DNA of 64,000 bases from Raillietiella orientalis (GCA_036172245.1 JAYWIR010000028.1:2170001-2234000), one strand, 5' to 3'; counted from the first letter of the stretch, positions 36,901 to 50,518 are shown. Notes: generated by a model from the sequence alone, not told the origin. Program-made: numbers and translations.

Positions 36901-39900
36901 CCCTTCTTCGTATCCAGCAGAAAACTTCGAAGGTAATCTTCGCCATGAGAATGCGTACCAAACACACGGAGAGCTATGCCCTATATCCCAAATACAAACA
37001 GCAGTCCTCCCCTATCACAGTGTAGGTCCTCCAGCAGATGGCACTTTTTTGGAAGGCTCTTCCGCATCTCCAGTAGCAGAATCTATTCAGGTGCTAACGT
37101 CCCTCCAAGTGCTATTTTAATACGCTAACCCTTCTTTCAATTTTTCCCCTCAATAGCTGCGTATTCAAAGACAATGGAAACCTCTGTGAAATTGAACTTT
37201 GCAAACTTATTGTAAAACTAACCCTTATACAAGGTACAAATGCAACAAGAATGTCGAAATAAACAAAACTTTTCAGCACCAACTCGAAGAAGATGCTGAA
37301 GAGCAGGGCTCTTGAGCGGTCTCCTCGTCTGAGGCCTCTGCAAACGGGAACCCTCCAAACGTGTTCCCGTATCCGAAGAGCAGGTAAGCAAAAACCTGAG
37401 ACGAAATAAGATAAGAGCTGGGCCAGATTCTGGAAGCTCGCGCCGGTGACTGATGAACATTTACTCAGAATGCGCGGCATGAACCTAAGGCACTGCTCGG
37501 CAAGATATGAAGGAGGAAAGCGGTTTGCAAAAGCAACTGGACATCACGCCTGGAGTAAAACTCTGGCAGAGTACGGCGGTTCCGAAGTCGTGCATTCGGG
37601 GAACTTCTCGTTCTTCCACGCCACAAGCGGTAAGGAGGTTGTCTGCAAAAACGCTCCTAACCATCCCTGCATCCCTCGTAAACTTTGGAATGGAACCTCA
37701 TCAAAAAGTTCTATTCGACGGATTCCGAAAAAAAAAAAAAAAAGGAAACTTATCGCTGTTGAAAATTCTGGATAAATAATCTCGAAATCGCAATCTATTT
37801 CCTAATTTTGTCCGGGTGGGGAAGGAAAGGAATGTATCCGCAAACCTTGCTAGAGACAATCACTCCAGAAACTTCAAACGTGCCAGGAGAGTAAATAAGA
37901 TCACCGGTTTCTTGGCAACCCACCTCCATCTCATGCGTGCGGTAGAGAGTAGTCACGCGTGGGCATGTGGTGAAGGAACCCACGGTAACTGAATTTCCCC
38001 CAGATGGAAATCTAGGATCCATATGAAGGAAGATCCGTCCTCCATAAAGGTCCTCCAAAATAGCGAGAAAAAAAAAAAAAAAAAAAAAAAAAAAACAGAA
38101 AAAAACCCACTGGCGTTTGGAATTTGGATGACGCATGTTTAGCGGATGGGAGAGCTCACAGAGAAGCCGTGCCGATCGGCAGGTCACTTTGCTTCTTAAT
38201 AAGGCATTCTTTCTGGTTTTCAATCTTTTGCTCTGTAATCAAGCCGAAATTAATCCGTCCTGTGTACGGAAAATACCATCAGCAAGCAGTGGCCTTAATC
38301 TTTCCTGTCTATCAGGCTCTTCATAATTCTGGTATTTTAGCGAACGATCCGCCGAAGATGATTGGATCCGACTTCTCAATGGAAGCGCTGCGAGCGGGCT
38401 AATCTGCTTCCTTTCAATCAAGGGCATTCGATTAATTTGTTACCTGATCTCGAGATTAGGGTTTACTCTAACGATGCTTCCTGGCTCTGCGCCTGGTTTC
38501 TCGTTCCACCCTTCGAGGAGAGGAGGACAAGAAGGAAATCGTTTCTGATCAGCTGTGATTGACAACCGGTTGTTTGCTTCTGTTTGAGTGAAATGGGGAA
38601 AGATACGCAATCTTCCTCCGAACAACGACCTGGATTTGGCGGAGGGCAGCATTCCTCCCGAGCCTTTCGTGCATTCCTGCCGCGGTGCAGCTCCGAGCTG
38701 ACCAGGTTCCCCAGTTCCCGCCGCCGAGCCGTGTCTTCGGCGGGGATCGAAACTTGCCTGCGGCTCTTGACGAGAGACGCGGCGCACCCTCAGTCCGGGC
38801 GAAAGGACGATTCCTGCGCTTCCGACTCAGGCATCCTCCGTGCCGATGTACCTGGTCTGCCCCCTTTCCTGGGGCCTCCGTGGCCCGTGGAATTCGCTGA
38901 ACGTCGTCCGAACAGCAGGTCAAAACCAGACGTGCATCCAAGTAAAGCGGGGATTCCATCAGTGCGGTAGTATGATGTATGCTCGCGTGTACGCGCACGA
39001 GCGGGAGTGCGTACATGCGTGCGCATGGGCGAGGCTCGTACTTGTTCGGTGCATGGGTTCCGAAAAGCAAAAAGAGGCCGGAAAAAACAGGTTGTCACAG
39101 AAGGCGAAAAATATGAGTCGGAGATTAGGAAGGTGTCCATCTCTCAGCATCGTGGCCGGGGTCATTTTCTTTTCCTGATGGATGGGAGAAAAATCGCCTT
39201 CTCGTCCATGGTTTGGCTCACTGCAGTGAAGGTCTGATTTCTTGCGTCGGTGCAAGCAGTTGGCCAGGGAAGCGAAACCGACCGTCGAAGAGACACGCGC
39301 GAGAGTGCGAGTTTCCTTCAGTCAAGCAGCATTGCGTCGACTTCATCAGGAGCACGACTGAGCGGGTTGATGAAGGACGTTCTGAAAATGCCCAAGCTTC
39401 AGCCTGAGTTGCCGGAACGCTTGCACTCCAGCACGCTAGAGCTCCATCGGTCTGATAAGAGAGAATCGTGGAGGAAGGTAATACTGGAAGCTAGCTGGTT
39501 CGTCACTTCTCCGGAACAGTGCCTGCCTTGGAGAGAACAAGCACGTAGAGCCCCTGGGAACATGAAATCCAAAGGACGAATGAATGCTGAGGTGGTCGTC
39601 GACGTGGGACCAATGGGGGGCGCACGGAACCCATCGGCTCTCACGTGGGACTAGCAAGGGCCTTCTAAGTTGTCGGTGATTTTTTCTCCGAGGGCAACTG
39701 ACCTTGGGCAACCATTCCACACCTCCTGGACTCGCATCTGTCTAGACCGCAGGGACCGAGAGTCCCCCTGCTCACAGACGACTGGCTCACTTTTGCTGAG
39801 TTTAAAGGACGAACTCGCCCAGAAGGCCAGGAGGCGGAAGAACGGAGCAACAAGAGGGGCAAGAACTGGACTTCTCGTCCTTTCGCAGTTGGGACAGCAG

Positions 39901-40189
39901 TCCATGACGGAGAAAGGAGAAGGGGAAGAGGGACTGGTTCAGGAGCAACAGTGGTACTGCCGACGAACAAGGGCTCCGCCTGGAACGCCAAAGCTACCGA
40001 GTGCTCAGTGGAGAAGCCCGGCAGGTCGTGACGCCCTTCAAAGAAGGCAGCGGTCCGCCTAGCAGCTCCTAAAGATTGTGACAAGACCTGAAGGAGCTGG
40101 ATATCCCCCGGAGCCAAGGGAAGCAGTTAGGAAGAGAAGTGGCGTGCATGAACTACCGCGTCAGGCGCTTCGACCAGCAGCCGTCAAGA

Positions 40190-40700
40190 GACGTTTATAG
40201 GAGCCACCAGCAAAGTTTGCATGTGGAGGGTTTGCATGTGGTTTAGCTGAAGAAGGAAGAAGCAAGAACCCGGCAATGCCATCGAAGGCACACTGACAAA
40301 CAGAAAGACAAGAGTCGATACGAGCTCTGGTAAAGTGGATCTTCAAGGACTCAACGCCCGAGCTCACGCCCGGAGACTCCAGCATCAATCCAGCCACGAA
40401 AAAGACCACTTCTCGATTACTCTTCGTAGCTCAAGAAATATACTACTGGATGCATCCCTGGATGCACCGCCGACTCCGAAGGATACAGACCAAGGGAAAA
40501 GCGTGTCCTGCGTGGGAAAACATCCGGAGTCAGGACACTTTCTACGCGCCGCGGGAGGTTCAAGGACTGTGGATCTATCCGTGCCTCCCAACCGAATGAA
40601 TCAGGCCGTGATCGTTGGGTAGTACAATGAGCTCGTGAAGCAAACGAAGAGGGCCACAGACGCCGAGAGGATCTCGTGGCTTCCAGGAAGTGTTTCGACA
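40190..40700 (+). pseudogene. H2A-H2B-like remnant
   Basis: IGATSKV and PGNAIEGTLTNRKTRV (H2A AGNAARDNKKTRI); KHPESG and NELVKQTKRAT..LPG (H2B VHPDTG, SRLAHYNKRST..LPG). Confidence 0.45.
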
Positions 40701-43700
40701 CTTGAACCGGACGTGGCAATTCAGGGAACAGAAACGGCGTGCCCATAGGTATGCTCTTTCACTCCAGTGAAAGACGTGAGGCAGACGGAGGAAAGCAATT
40801 GCTTCCCGTTGGATTCTCGGGAAAATGCTGCAGAAAGCCTGAAGAAATCGTCGAGAGGGGATCTCAGACCGCTGATGCACCACGCGCTTGCATGCTCGCT
40901 TGCAGTAGTCCTGTTTGCCACGGTCCAACCGGAGGACGCAGGAGACGGTTCCAGCTCTCGGAATGGCTCTAAGGAACTCCTGTTGGAGTTGGGGTTCTTT
41001 CCGCACCAGAAAGAGGAACCCAGGAACGGTGTTCCGACCCCATCAGGGACCACGAACGACTGCAAGTTCCAGAGGATCCTGGGATCAGCATGGTGGGGCA
41101 GCCTCCGTCCGTGTCCATTGGATGTACCGTAGTGGGAATGAAGTGTACGTAGGCACTGTCCTCTTGCGATTCGGTGATATCATCTCCCCACCGGAGAGCT
41201 TACAGGTGGTGCTGCCAAATGCGGGACCGAAATGCACGCTGGGAGTCTGTAACGGAAGAGGAGGGAATGCCGAGAGTCTCGCTGCCCCCATGGTCTTGAC
41301 ATGGTAGTGTCCTTTTTCTCTATGCCTGGAAAGACGTGGAGATTGAGAGAGCGAATATGATGACCCTCGTAGGAGGCTTCCGTGATTGTCTGGTAAGAAG
41401 GACTCGTACCCCCAGAGCCACACTCTCACTTTCCTCGCACGTGCTCCATCTTTTTCTTATAGGGAGGAAGCGGAAAGGGGACATCCGAGATGACCGTGCG
41501 CTATATTCAGGAGGTAATGCACATCCACATACATTCAAGTGCTGCGCCCCTCATGAGAAGGGGGTCGAACCCGAATTTGTTCGGCGGAGATGAGATGGGA
41601 TTTTGGACGGGCCTAGGCTCTTTCGGGAAGAGTGACATCAGGTCAACTGCGCGCTTCGGTGCTCGGGGAGCGGCGACCAGCGTACATGCCGGGATGCACG
41701 CGCATCCTCCTCCCATGCGGGGATGACCGAGCCTTCCAAGTTGCTATGCAACTCGGGAAGGTCGCGCCTCCTTGAGGTTCCTCTGGGGTTTCCGCTCCAT
41801 GTTCTCGTCTTCTTCCTCCTCATCCACTCTTTCTCATTTCCTCCTCCCCTCCGTTTTCCCTTGCCCCCTCCGCAAGTTCCTGCTCTTCGGACACCACCCG
41901 ACGAACTTGTGGGATGGTCTTGCGTTTCCTGAGTGGGATCCTCAGACCAGACAACGAAGACTCCGCGCGTCCCTCCTAAACGAGCGCGTGCGCCACAGAA
42001 GTGCTCCAGAATCCTTCCCCACCCCCTTCAGAGTACTCCATCTCAAGACGCAGACTGCCAATTTGGGAGATTAAAAATGCCCTGAGGATAATGTCAGGCG
42101 CGTTTGTCCAAGAGGCCCCAAGAAGTTTCGCCCATTCATCTGCGGTTCTTTAAGGTGTCAATCAGGACGTGAATGGGGTGGAGCCGGTCCCCATGAAATT
42201 GCGAATTTCTGGGGGAGCGCGCCGCTGCTTCCCGGTGCGCGCTCGCGGGTCGCCATCTGTTACCAGAGACGTCTTGTCGACCGCTTCCGCTGCCTCGTCC
42301 GAGTGACGATGAGAAACCGCCGGGGGACTCCGGGGGAAAGCGCCCCGCAAACAAGGAGGCTCTCGGGTCGCGCGAGGGACCTCTCTGAGGAGGACGAGTC
42401 GTTCCTCCTCTTCTCCCCTCAGGCGCTTTTTCCGCGGAGGGTCGGTCGGTCCTGTAGCGCCCGGGGCATGAGGAGGCGGGAATGCAGGGTGGCTTTCCTC
42501 CCCTCCCGAAGTCTTCCGGGCTCTCCTCCACTGCAGCTTCGCCTACGGGAGGGTTGTGTGAGGAGGGAGCGCTCTTGCCACCTACGAAAGCGAACGGAGC
42601 GGCCGTGATGGACGGGAAGCAGCGCTGGAAATTCCAGCCCTCTCCCCCCCTCCCCGTCCCTATAGGGCGACGCGCTCTCGTTGTCGAGAGGAAGGGTTGA
42701 GACCGTGAAGGAAGGGGAGGAAGGCAGAAGTCACCGACGGGAGGACGCGCAACAGGAGGGAAGCGTCCGCCCAGCGCACGGTCGACGGCGGGAAGGGGAA
42801 GCGTGGCTTGCCTTGCATCCAGGAAGCCGCTGGAAGCGCGAAGCCGCGCGCTCGCCCGCTCTTCCGGGACGCGGACCGCTCCAGAAAGCACAAAGGAAAG
42901 AGAGAACTTCTGAAGAGAAGGATCGTCCAGAAAAAAAAACGGGAAAGGAGAAGACGAGAAGGAAGAAAATCGGAAGAGATGAAGACGGAGAGGAAAGAGC
43001 TGATGCTGGGCCCGTGCGGGAATCGCAGCCGCATTGTTGTTCCCCGCGTCGGAAGGTTCTCAGAGGCGGCAAAGAGGCTGGATAGTGCTCTCCTCTGCCT
43101 CTCCGTCCGTTGCCATGACAAAGGCCATTCTTCTCCTCCGCGGATCGGCTGCTGCTCGCCGAGGAGCACCGCCGCGTCATAAAAGCACGGCCTTCCATTG
43201 TTCCCGCGGAAGATGCCGAATGAGGAGGAAGGCAGAGAAAATGACGGACTGCAGCAGCGCACAATAGGCAGCTCTCCACACGGAAGCATCTGCCGCTGCT
43301 AATGAGTCCATTTGTTCCAAGGAGGAGCGCTACCTCCTCCTCCCCTTGCGCGCGCCTCCTTCCTCCTCCTCCTCCTTTCCACGCTGGATCGCTCTCGCGC
43401 GGGGATGAAGCGCTTTTTAATTGTCCCGACGCCTCTGTCAGGGAAGAAGCTTCCTTCGGGCGGGACCGGCAGCACGCGAGCCGCTCCTTGTCCCAGATGC
43501 CACAGCGGAGAGGGGATTTATGACATCAGTGTTCCTCGGCGGCATCCGGCCGGTTCGAGCTGTAAGCTCCGACCGCCTTCCGGGTCCTTCTCGACCTCTT
43601 CTGTTACCACCCTCGACCTCTTTCCACCCTCCTCTTTCCCTCTCTCCCTCCTCCGGATGATGCGCGAGGATGGCGACTGATGCTTCTCATCCCAGCACTT

Positions 43701-44941
43701 CTTCGACAGCACCTATCGCCGAAGAAAGCTCTTCTCCGCCAGAGAGGACTTCCCGTTGTCACGGGAGAGAAGAGGCGGCGATGCTGCTGGCTATCCGGGA
43801 ATCTGGAGTCTTCCCTTCACGCTCCCCTCAGATGCGCCGACAGTGGGCGGCATCCAGACTCTTCGATGCTCCCATTGTAGCAGCGACTCCCGAGCACCCG
43901 AAGGTCGTGGAACGAAAAGATGGGGTCGCAACCCTCCTTCCGGTCGGTGGTGGTGGTGGTGGTTTTGGCCCTCCGAAAGGGGAACGCAGAGCGCGGGAAG
44001 TGCCTCCGGGGCTTCGGAGTGGGAATGCCCCCTTCGCAGAAGGCACCTCGTCCCTCTCGTCTCTCCCCCCCGCGAGAAAACAGAGAGAGTCGATCCTCCC
44101 CCGGAAGCATTGCTGCTGCATCCACCCCTCCGGCGGAGGCGGCGTCTGCGCGTGCGATCCTTCCTTCCCAGCGTCCTCCCGATTTACCGGGAGGGCTCCG
44201 AAGAGGCTGCGCCGCGCTTTTATGGTCCGCCTCGTCCCCCTTTTTATGGCCGCCGGGGGTGGAGAGGCCCTCGGGGCACGTCTGCCGGGAGGACGCCCCA
44301 CGAGGAGGGGGCGCGTCGGAACCCGCGCGCTCCGTTCTCTCGCAGGTGATGCCTCCGCCGCGGAAAGCCACGCGCCCGAGGGGGACGGTGATGGACGCTG
44401 AGCCACGGCCGCCGCTGTAGACCTTCCAAGAGACCTGCCTCCGCCCATAAGCCGGCACAAACGAAGGGGTGAGGATGGGGCCTGGGAATGGAGAGGAAAG
44501 AACTCCCGGCTCTGGATGGCCAGCATGCAAGGACTGTAGGAGCGAGGAGCGACGCAGGCAGCACCCTGCCCGCGTCCTTCCGTTAAACCACCGGCTGCTC
44601 AGCACCGCCGAGGGAACCCGGAGGGGATGAGGGCAATTCCCTCTTGTTCCTCCGAGCCGCAGCTTCCGGCGGACCCCGGAGCACAGCGCCGCCACCCCGC
44701 GAGGCGCGCGCGGCGGCGGCGGTCTCCGGCAGGAGCGCGTCGCCCCGGGAGGCGGTGCCGAGAGCCGGCCCCGCCCCTCCCGCGGCCTCCGCGGGCGGGC
44801 AGGCGGGCGCGCTACGGCGGCGGCCGCGGGGACCCGCCAGATGTCGCCGAGCGCCTGGCGGGCGAGGATGCGCTCCCGCGGTCGATCCCCGCAGCCTCCG
44901 AAGCCGCCTCCGAGAAGCCGCCGCCCTCCCGGGCCCCCCGC

Positions 44942-45407
44942 ATGATGCCGGTGGCGCTCGTCGGGAGGAGGCCCAAGATCGGGTTCTCCATCGAGTCCAT
45001 CGTGGGGAGCGCCGGTGGGGAGGACAAGTGCTCCCCGCAGCCGCGCCCCAGGTGCGACCCCCCCACGCCGCCGCCGCCACCGCCGCCGGTTCACCCTGAG
45101 CGCGGCGGCCACGCCAGGACGCGCCCGCCGCAGGACAAGGCGGCGGCGCCGCCCGCGGCTGTCCCCCCCTCGCTGCCCCCACCCCCCCTCTACGGCCCAC
45201 ACCCGGGCTGCTCCCCGCAGTGCCTGTCCAGATGCGCCGCGGGCCCCGCCGTGGTGCTCCCCTATCCGCCCCCGGCCGTGGGGGCAGCGGCCTTCCCCCT
45301 CGTGTCGAACTACGCCGTCCGCCCCTGCCTGCCCCCCCCCAGGGACTTCCCCGTCTACCCGTGGCTGCTGTCAAGGCAGGGCAGGATGCTCGCCAACCCG
45401 TTCCTAG
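44942..45407 (+). CDS. Emx: Emx/empty spiracles homeobox gene, coding exon 1
   Basis: MMPVALVGRRPKIGFSIESIVG (eh1-type FSI-x-SIV motif typical of the Emx N-terminus), Pro-rich linker and YPWLL motif. Ends at a phase-1 donor, CTAG|GTAAGT, at 45407/45408. An in-frame upstream ATG exists at 44627, so the start is inferred. Confidence 0.88.
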
Positions 45408-45848
45408 GTAAGTAGGTCCGCCTCGGGAAGGGAGGGCCCCGAGGAATGCTCGCGGGCCTCCTCGCTCGGAGGGAGCTCTCGGATACCGCCTCCAGGACGG
45501 GGAGACCATCCACGCTCGGGGAGGAGCAAGGGGGCGATCTAAGGACGAGGCTTGTCCTCCCCCATCCGCTCTCCCGGTATCCGAAGGGAAAAACGGGAGA
45601 GAGCGTGCGCAGTGGCCGATCCCTCGGCGCGAGAGCCTCCACCGTCGAGGCACCCCCAAGGGGATCGGCAGGGGGAGGTTCATCCCTGCGCCTCTCCTGC
45701 TCCGTCCCGGCGGCTACCGCCTCCTGACGCCGAACCGGTTGGAAGATCGCGAGTCCTCTCCTTCGCAGCCAATCCCAAGGCTGGCGACTTCCCTCTACGG
45801 GGGGAAGCGACGGAGTCACGCTCGGGACGCCCTCGCGATCCGCTTGGG

Positions 45849-47343
45849 CTTTCCGCGCGCCTGCGCCTGCCGCCACCCTCCCAAGTCTCTCTACTGTCCC
45901 TCTTGCCGTCCGTGCAAGGACAAACCTCTCTTCTTCGCGGAGAATCCAGGAGCGGGGCGACGACCACTTCAGATCCAGGAGCGCTCCCCTGCCTTCGGTC
46001 GTTTCTTCCTCTAAACCTCTCGGATTTTCTGAAAGACCCGACGGTCCGGGTCGCTGCTGCCTAGGCTCTAACACCTAGAGGCTCTCTTTTCACTGCCCAG
46101 TGGGGAGAGACTTCCTGAGGACGACCACGACCGCTCCTCCTGCCCTGGAAGGAATTGTTCCTTGGATGCAGGCAGCCGCTCGATCCCTCAGGATACCGCG
46201 ATGCAGCCGAAACGAAAGACGCGACGCTTGTGGGCCCTCCCCATTTCCAAAAAGATGAAAAAAAAAAAAAAAAGGAGGGAGAGAAGCACCTGGATGGCGA
46301 GGCTTCCAGACGCCCTTCCTCCGGTGTATGTCGCTCCTCCCTCCAAGGGCCTCGCGGAGGACTACACGAGGCTTCTTGCCGGCGGGATGGAGGGAAGGAG
46401 GGCGACCTGGCAGGTGGCGCTCCCTGCTCGGTGACGGGTCAGGTCTCCTCCGGCCCGCTCGTGTGGAGGTTCGCCGAGGTTTCCCGCCAACTCGCAAGGG
46501 GGGAGAGGGAAGGCGATTCCCGGAGGGGAGTCCGCCGGACAGACGGCGGTGCCCGCCGCTGTGGCTGTCCGGCATGCTCTAGGGAAGTGAGAGCATCCCG
46601 CCACGACGGGCCATGGTCCGTCGCCGCGTCCCCTCGCAGCATCCTCAACAGCTGCTGCCGCCCCTGTGGGGCTTTGCAATTACTCCTACGGGCCGTGCGC
46701 GCCCAACGCGCGACCGTGGGAGTGCCGGCGTGCTGCATATACTCGCTGCATCCGCTCGCTGCGAATCCCGGCTTCGGAAGTCCCGTACCAGTCCCGTTTC
46801 CCCGTCAAGAGACGCCCGACCCCTCTTTCCCCTTCCTCCCGCACGATCAGGGATCCTCCCCTTCCTACCCATCGGGAGCGAGGAATGGCTTCCCTACCGT
46901 CTTCGGCCCCTCCGGAGCCGTGATTCCGGGCATCCCTACAGTGAAACCGCCTTCCCGGTGTCCCTGCAGAGAGCGTCCGGAACGTTCCTCCCCTGCACTT
47001 AGGACATCCAGACTTTCAGCCGCGTTTTTTCTCAATAGCCGCTGGCACTTCCTCACTCATCTGCTCCGGAGGTGGCCTAAGTCCTTCGGCCGTTCGCGCT
47101 CCGCAGGCGGGTCCTCTCCGATCACCGAGCCCTCCCGCCGCTTTCTGAACAGCATTCGCGAGGGGGTCCTTCTGCCATGAGGGGGCAGCCGCTCGGTACA
47201 CGTGTGCGGCCAGACTTTCTGCGCGACTGAACCTGCTGTCACCTTCCCAAGCTTCCCTACTGTCCTCCTCCCGGTTTGGATAAGGACAAACCCTCTTCTT
47301 CGCGGGGAATGCGAGAGTGGGGCGCGACGACACTTAGGACCCT
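45849..47343 (+). repeat. roughly 130-bp diverged direct repeat in Emx intron 1 (45849-45977 and 47215-47343)
   Basis: Shared CTTTC.GCGCG..CTG..CCTGC, CCCAAG, CTACTGTCC, AAGGACAAACC..TCTTCTTCGCGG.GAAT and GGGGCG..CGAC.ACTT. Confidence 0.8.
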
Positions 47344-47730
47344 ACGGGCGGGCGATTGGAAGCCCTCCTCACGGACCCATTTCCTCACCGTACTCCTGTG
47401 CCATCTTTATTTTTACCCCTTTTCTCCTGGACTACCTCACGCCGCGCCCTGAGAGTTCCCAGCGAGCGCGGGGAGCTGCGAGGCTCTCCTCACATAGGCG
47501 GCATCCGCTCCCGTGCGGGGCTACGGGGGAGTAAGGAGGGCTCGAGGATTCTTCCCAAGAACTTCCCGAGGGAGGGAAAGGGAAAAAGGTTGCGCATCCA
47601 GCGTTCTCCTGGCTGCAGCGAGGTGCTATCCTGTCCCCTTCCGTGCTGCAGGTGGTGACGGGAAGCTTTCCGATCGCGCCCATTCGCTGATCCCTGAGGA
47701 CTCGCCAGCCCCCTTCGGGCTCCCACCCTC

Positions 47731-48160
47731 GACCCGCGTGGGCGGCCGTGTGGTCTCCGCGCGTGGCGTACCAAACGTCGTGGGTTCGAATTCCCAAGTC
47801 GGGGAAGGATCCACGCTGAGAAACGGAAGGAGCGGCGTGGGTTTCGAGTCTCCCCCGCAAGATGACTCTCGCTGGACCACGGGTTTCGGGTGCGGCGCTG
47901 GTGGAAGCCGGATGCCCCGTCGGCTGGCCTCAGTGATTGTGCTCAAGGAGTCCTTCCCGGTTCCCCTCCGGTTGTGAAAATGGGACCTCGCCCCCCTCCT
48001 CGGAGGGAACCTACCATCGCCTGCCACGGAGCTGGTGGACTCCTTTCCACGGCCTGGAAACCGCGCCACTCCCTTCGGGGTGCGCCCTTCAGAGAAGGAA
48101 ACAAGGCGCGGTTTCCTCGCGGGTGGGTTCCCTCCGGAGAAGAAATTCCAGGAGTTTTCC
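47731..48160 (+). mobile_element. SINE-like repeat, copy C, in Emx intron 1
   Basis: GACCCGCGTGGGCGGCCGTGTGGTCTC head and GGTTCGAATTC at 47783-47793. AAGGATCCACGC and GCAAGATGA are shared with copy B; GTTGTGAAAATGG is shared with copy A. Confidence 0.78.
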
Positions 48161-48593
48161 GTGCTCCCATCATCCCAGAGGTTCCTTCAGTTCCCATCCC
48201 CGGGGTGCACCACGGGAGCTCGCAGGGTATCCGGTTTTTGTGCAGCTCCGTCCGTGTTCAGGAGTGCGGATGCTTCTCTGCTCCTCCTCCTCTCTGCTTC
48301 CTCATCTGGACGCGCTGCGTATCGGGAAGACGCGCCCTCACCGAAGTCCACTTTGGCATCCCGATGCTCCTCCAGCGGTTCTCCTTCCACATCCCAGCGA
48401 CAGCTACTTCCGGTTCTCGCCGGCTTTCGCTCCCAGTGGTGGTCGCGGCTGCTGTCGCCTCCGCGAGGGCGTCTCCAGCTCGGGGGAACGGCGCCCGCGT
48501 CCTCTCCGCGGGGGGACGCGCGCGTGCTGGAACGCCCGCCGATGTATTCTACGTGTGCGTGCTCAGCGTTCACGAGTCCACTTCTCCTTCCAG

Positions 48594-48772
48594 TAACCCA
48601 TCCTGAGAATACTGGATTTCTTCTGCATCCCTGGCGCAAGCCGAAGAGGATCCGCACCGCTTTCAGTCCGGGACAGCTCCTGAAGCTGGAGCAAGCCTTT
48701 GAGAAGAACCACTACGTCGTCGGATCGGAAAGAAAGCAACTGGCTCTTGCTCTGAGCCTGTCAGAAACTCAG
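48594..48772 (+). CDS. Emx: Emx homeobox gene, coding exon 2 (homeodomain helices 1-2)
   Basis: Acceptor CTTCTCCTTCCAG| with phase matching exon 1. Encodes [60 protein letters not shown]. Donor CAG|GTACGC. Confidence 0.96.
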
Positions 48773-50485
48773 GTACGCCCCCTCCTCCTTTCTGAGCGGT
48801 TCATCCCGCTGCGCTGATCCCTATGGAAACGGCGACTGTCGAACGCCCTCTTGGCATGGGGAAGGCAGCGCATGCCGATCGTCCTACAGCAAACTGCCGC
48901 AGGACTTTGCATAACGCGGGCGATGCCTTCCGACGCCATGCGAATCCGCGTTATAAGAGCCCTGTGGTTCATACGTGGATTTGCAACGTTATAACAGGGC
49001 ACAGTGTGTCTATCATTCAGCTGCAAAGACAAAAGAACAACCCCCCCAAAAGATAGCGTCTTTTTTCTTTTTTTCTTCTAAATTTTTCGAAGTCGATGTT
49101 CGTTCCGTTCCAAAAGAGACTTTCTCTATAAAGTGGAAGAGCAGCCTCGGCTCTCGCGCTCGCATTTTCTTCCGAAAGCAGCTGAACTGACATGGCGTCG
49201 CAAAATTAAGATCGATCCACGGCCATTTTTCGTCGCATTTTACGCGTTATACAGAAATCATCATCTGTATTTATAGACTGCACCACAATTGGTAGGAAGT
49301 CGGACGGTAATTTTCAAGAGATTCACGTCTCTGGAAACACTACATGCGGGCTGCAGACAAACACGCTCCCACTTAGCATGGGAGTCATTAGTAGATAATA
49401 AATGAGTACATCTCGAAATGATCAATTATTAATTAAGGAAATGCTCTCCATCTGCAGGTATTATAAATCTAGAACTAGAAGCCTGGCCCCCTAAAGATTA
49501 TAGTCTTTAGGGAGCGAAGCTTGTGGATTGTAAATTTTTCTGGACAGAGGTCGGCGGGTGAGCGCGGGATGGATGGGAAATCGGGAACGGATTCGTGGAT
49601 ACCGCTCCGAGTCCTCCCGTTCACGAAACGTGGATCGCACGTAGGACAAGGGAGCATGCACGAATCGGGGAGCTGTCCGTGCTCCCTGCACTGAAGGAGG
49701 TGCAAAGAGCGTCGGAGGCGGGGAGCTCTCACTGAAGAACGAGAAGATGAAAACCCGCCCGAGCACTGTTCGCAGCACCAGAGAGGGTTTGGATTTTCGA
49801 TCCCGTTTTCTTCTTCGAGCACGGGGATTCCCGAGTAACCGAGGCATCGGTTCTGGCTCCTGAGGCGTTTCCTCGGTATTCCACTGTTCCTGAAGCGCCA
49901 GCGGCAACGCCTCCAGAAGGCTGCTCATTCCCGTGCCCTTCGTCCAATTCATAAAAATAAGCGTCCCCGAGCGATGATCCTCTCGTTTCCGTGTTTGGGT
50001 GCGTGCACGCAGGTCCCATTCAAAGATCGCTCTCATTCAGAGCTCTTGAGTGCGAGGTTGTTCCGTATTCCTCTGCTTGCCTTCCATCGAGACGGTCTCC
50101 TCTACGAATCCGGATGGGGTGGTGATCTCAGAGACGCCGAAAAGCGAAGGGCTTCGTGTGTCTTCTTCTGCTCAACGCTTTGCTTTTCATCTTCGGCGCG
50201 CAAGAGCAGGTGATGATTTCATCCTGGCAAATACAATAAAGGAAGCGTCAAGCCTTTCAGATGGAGAGTCTCCCCGGACAGACCGCTCGCAGCTTCCCTC
50301 GCAACACTCTTTGAGATGCTGGTTATAGATTTGTCCAGTGTGCTCGTTGTTCCTTCATAGACCCCGTCATCTTGTGTTTATAGGGAACATCATAGTGATG
50401 ATGATTAATCTACTGGATCCCGGAGAAGAAATTACTCAGGCGGACTTTGAAAACAGAGAGCCGCTAATGCTACCTCAAGTGGAGG

Positions 50486-50513
<28 letters not shown>
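50486..50513. repeat. (CT)n microsatellite in Emx intron 2
   Basis: Directly visible. Confidence 0.9.

Positions 50514-50518
<5 letters not shown>

Noticed and set aside
44627..44941. 105-codon in-frame N-terminal extension of Emx
   Set aside because: Possible, but Emx proteins normally start just before the FSI-x-SIV motif; cannot be decided without transcripts.
43817..45202. 461-aa minus-strand ORF and other long ORFs overlapping Emx exon 1
   Set aside because: Low-complexity Arg/Gly/Pro shadow ORFs expected in very GC-rich DNA; no recognisable domain.
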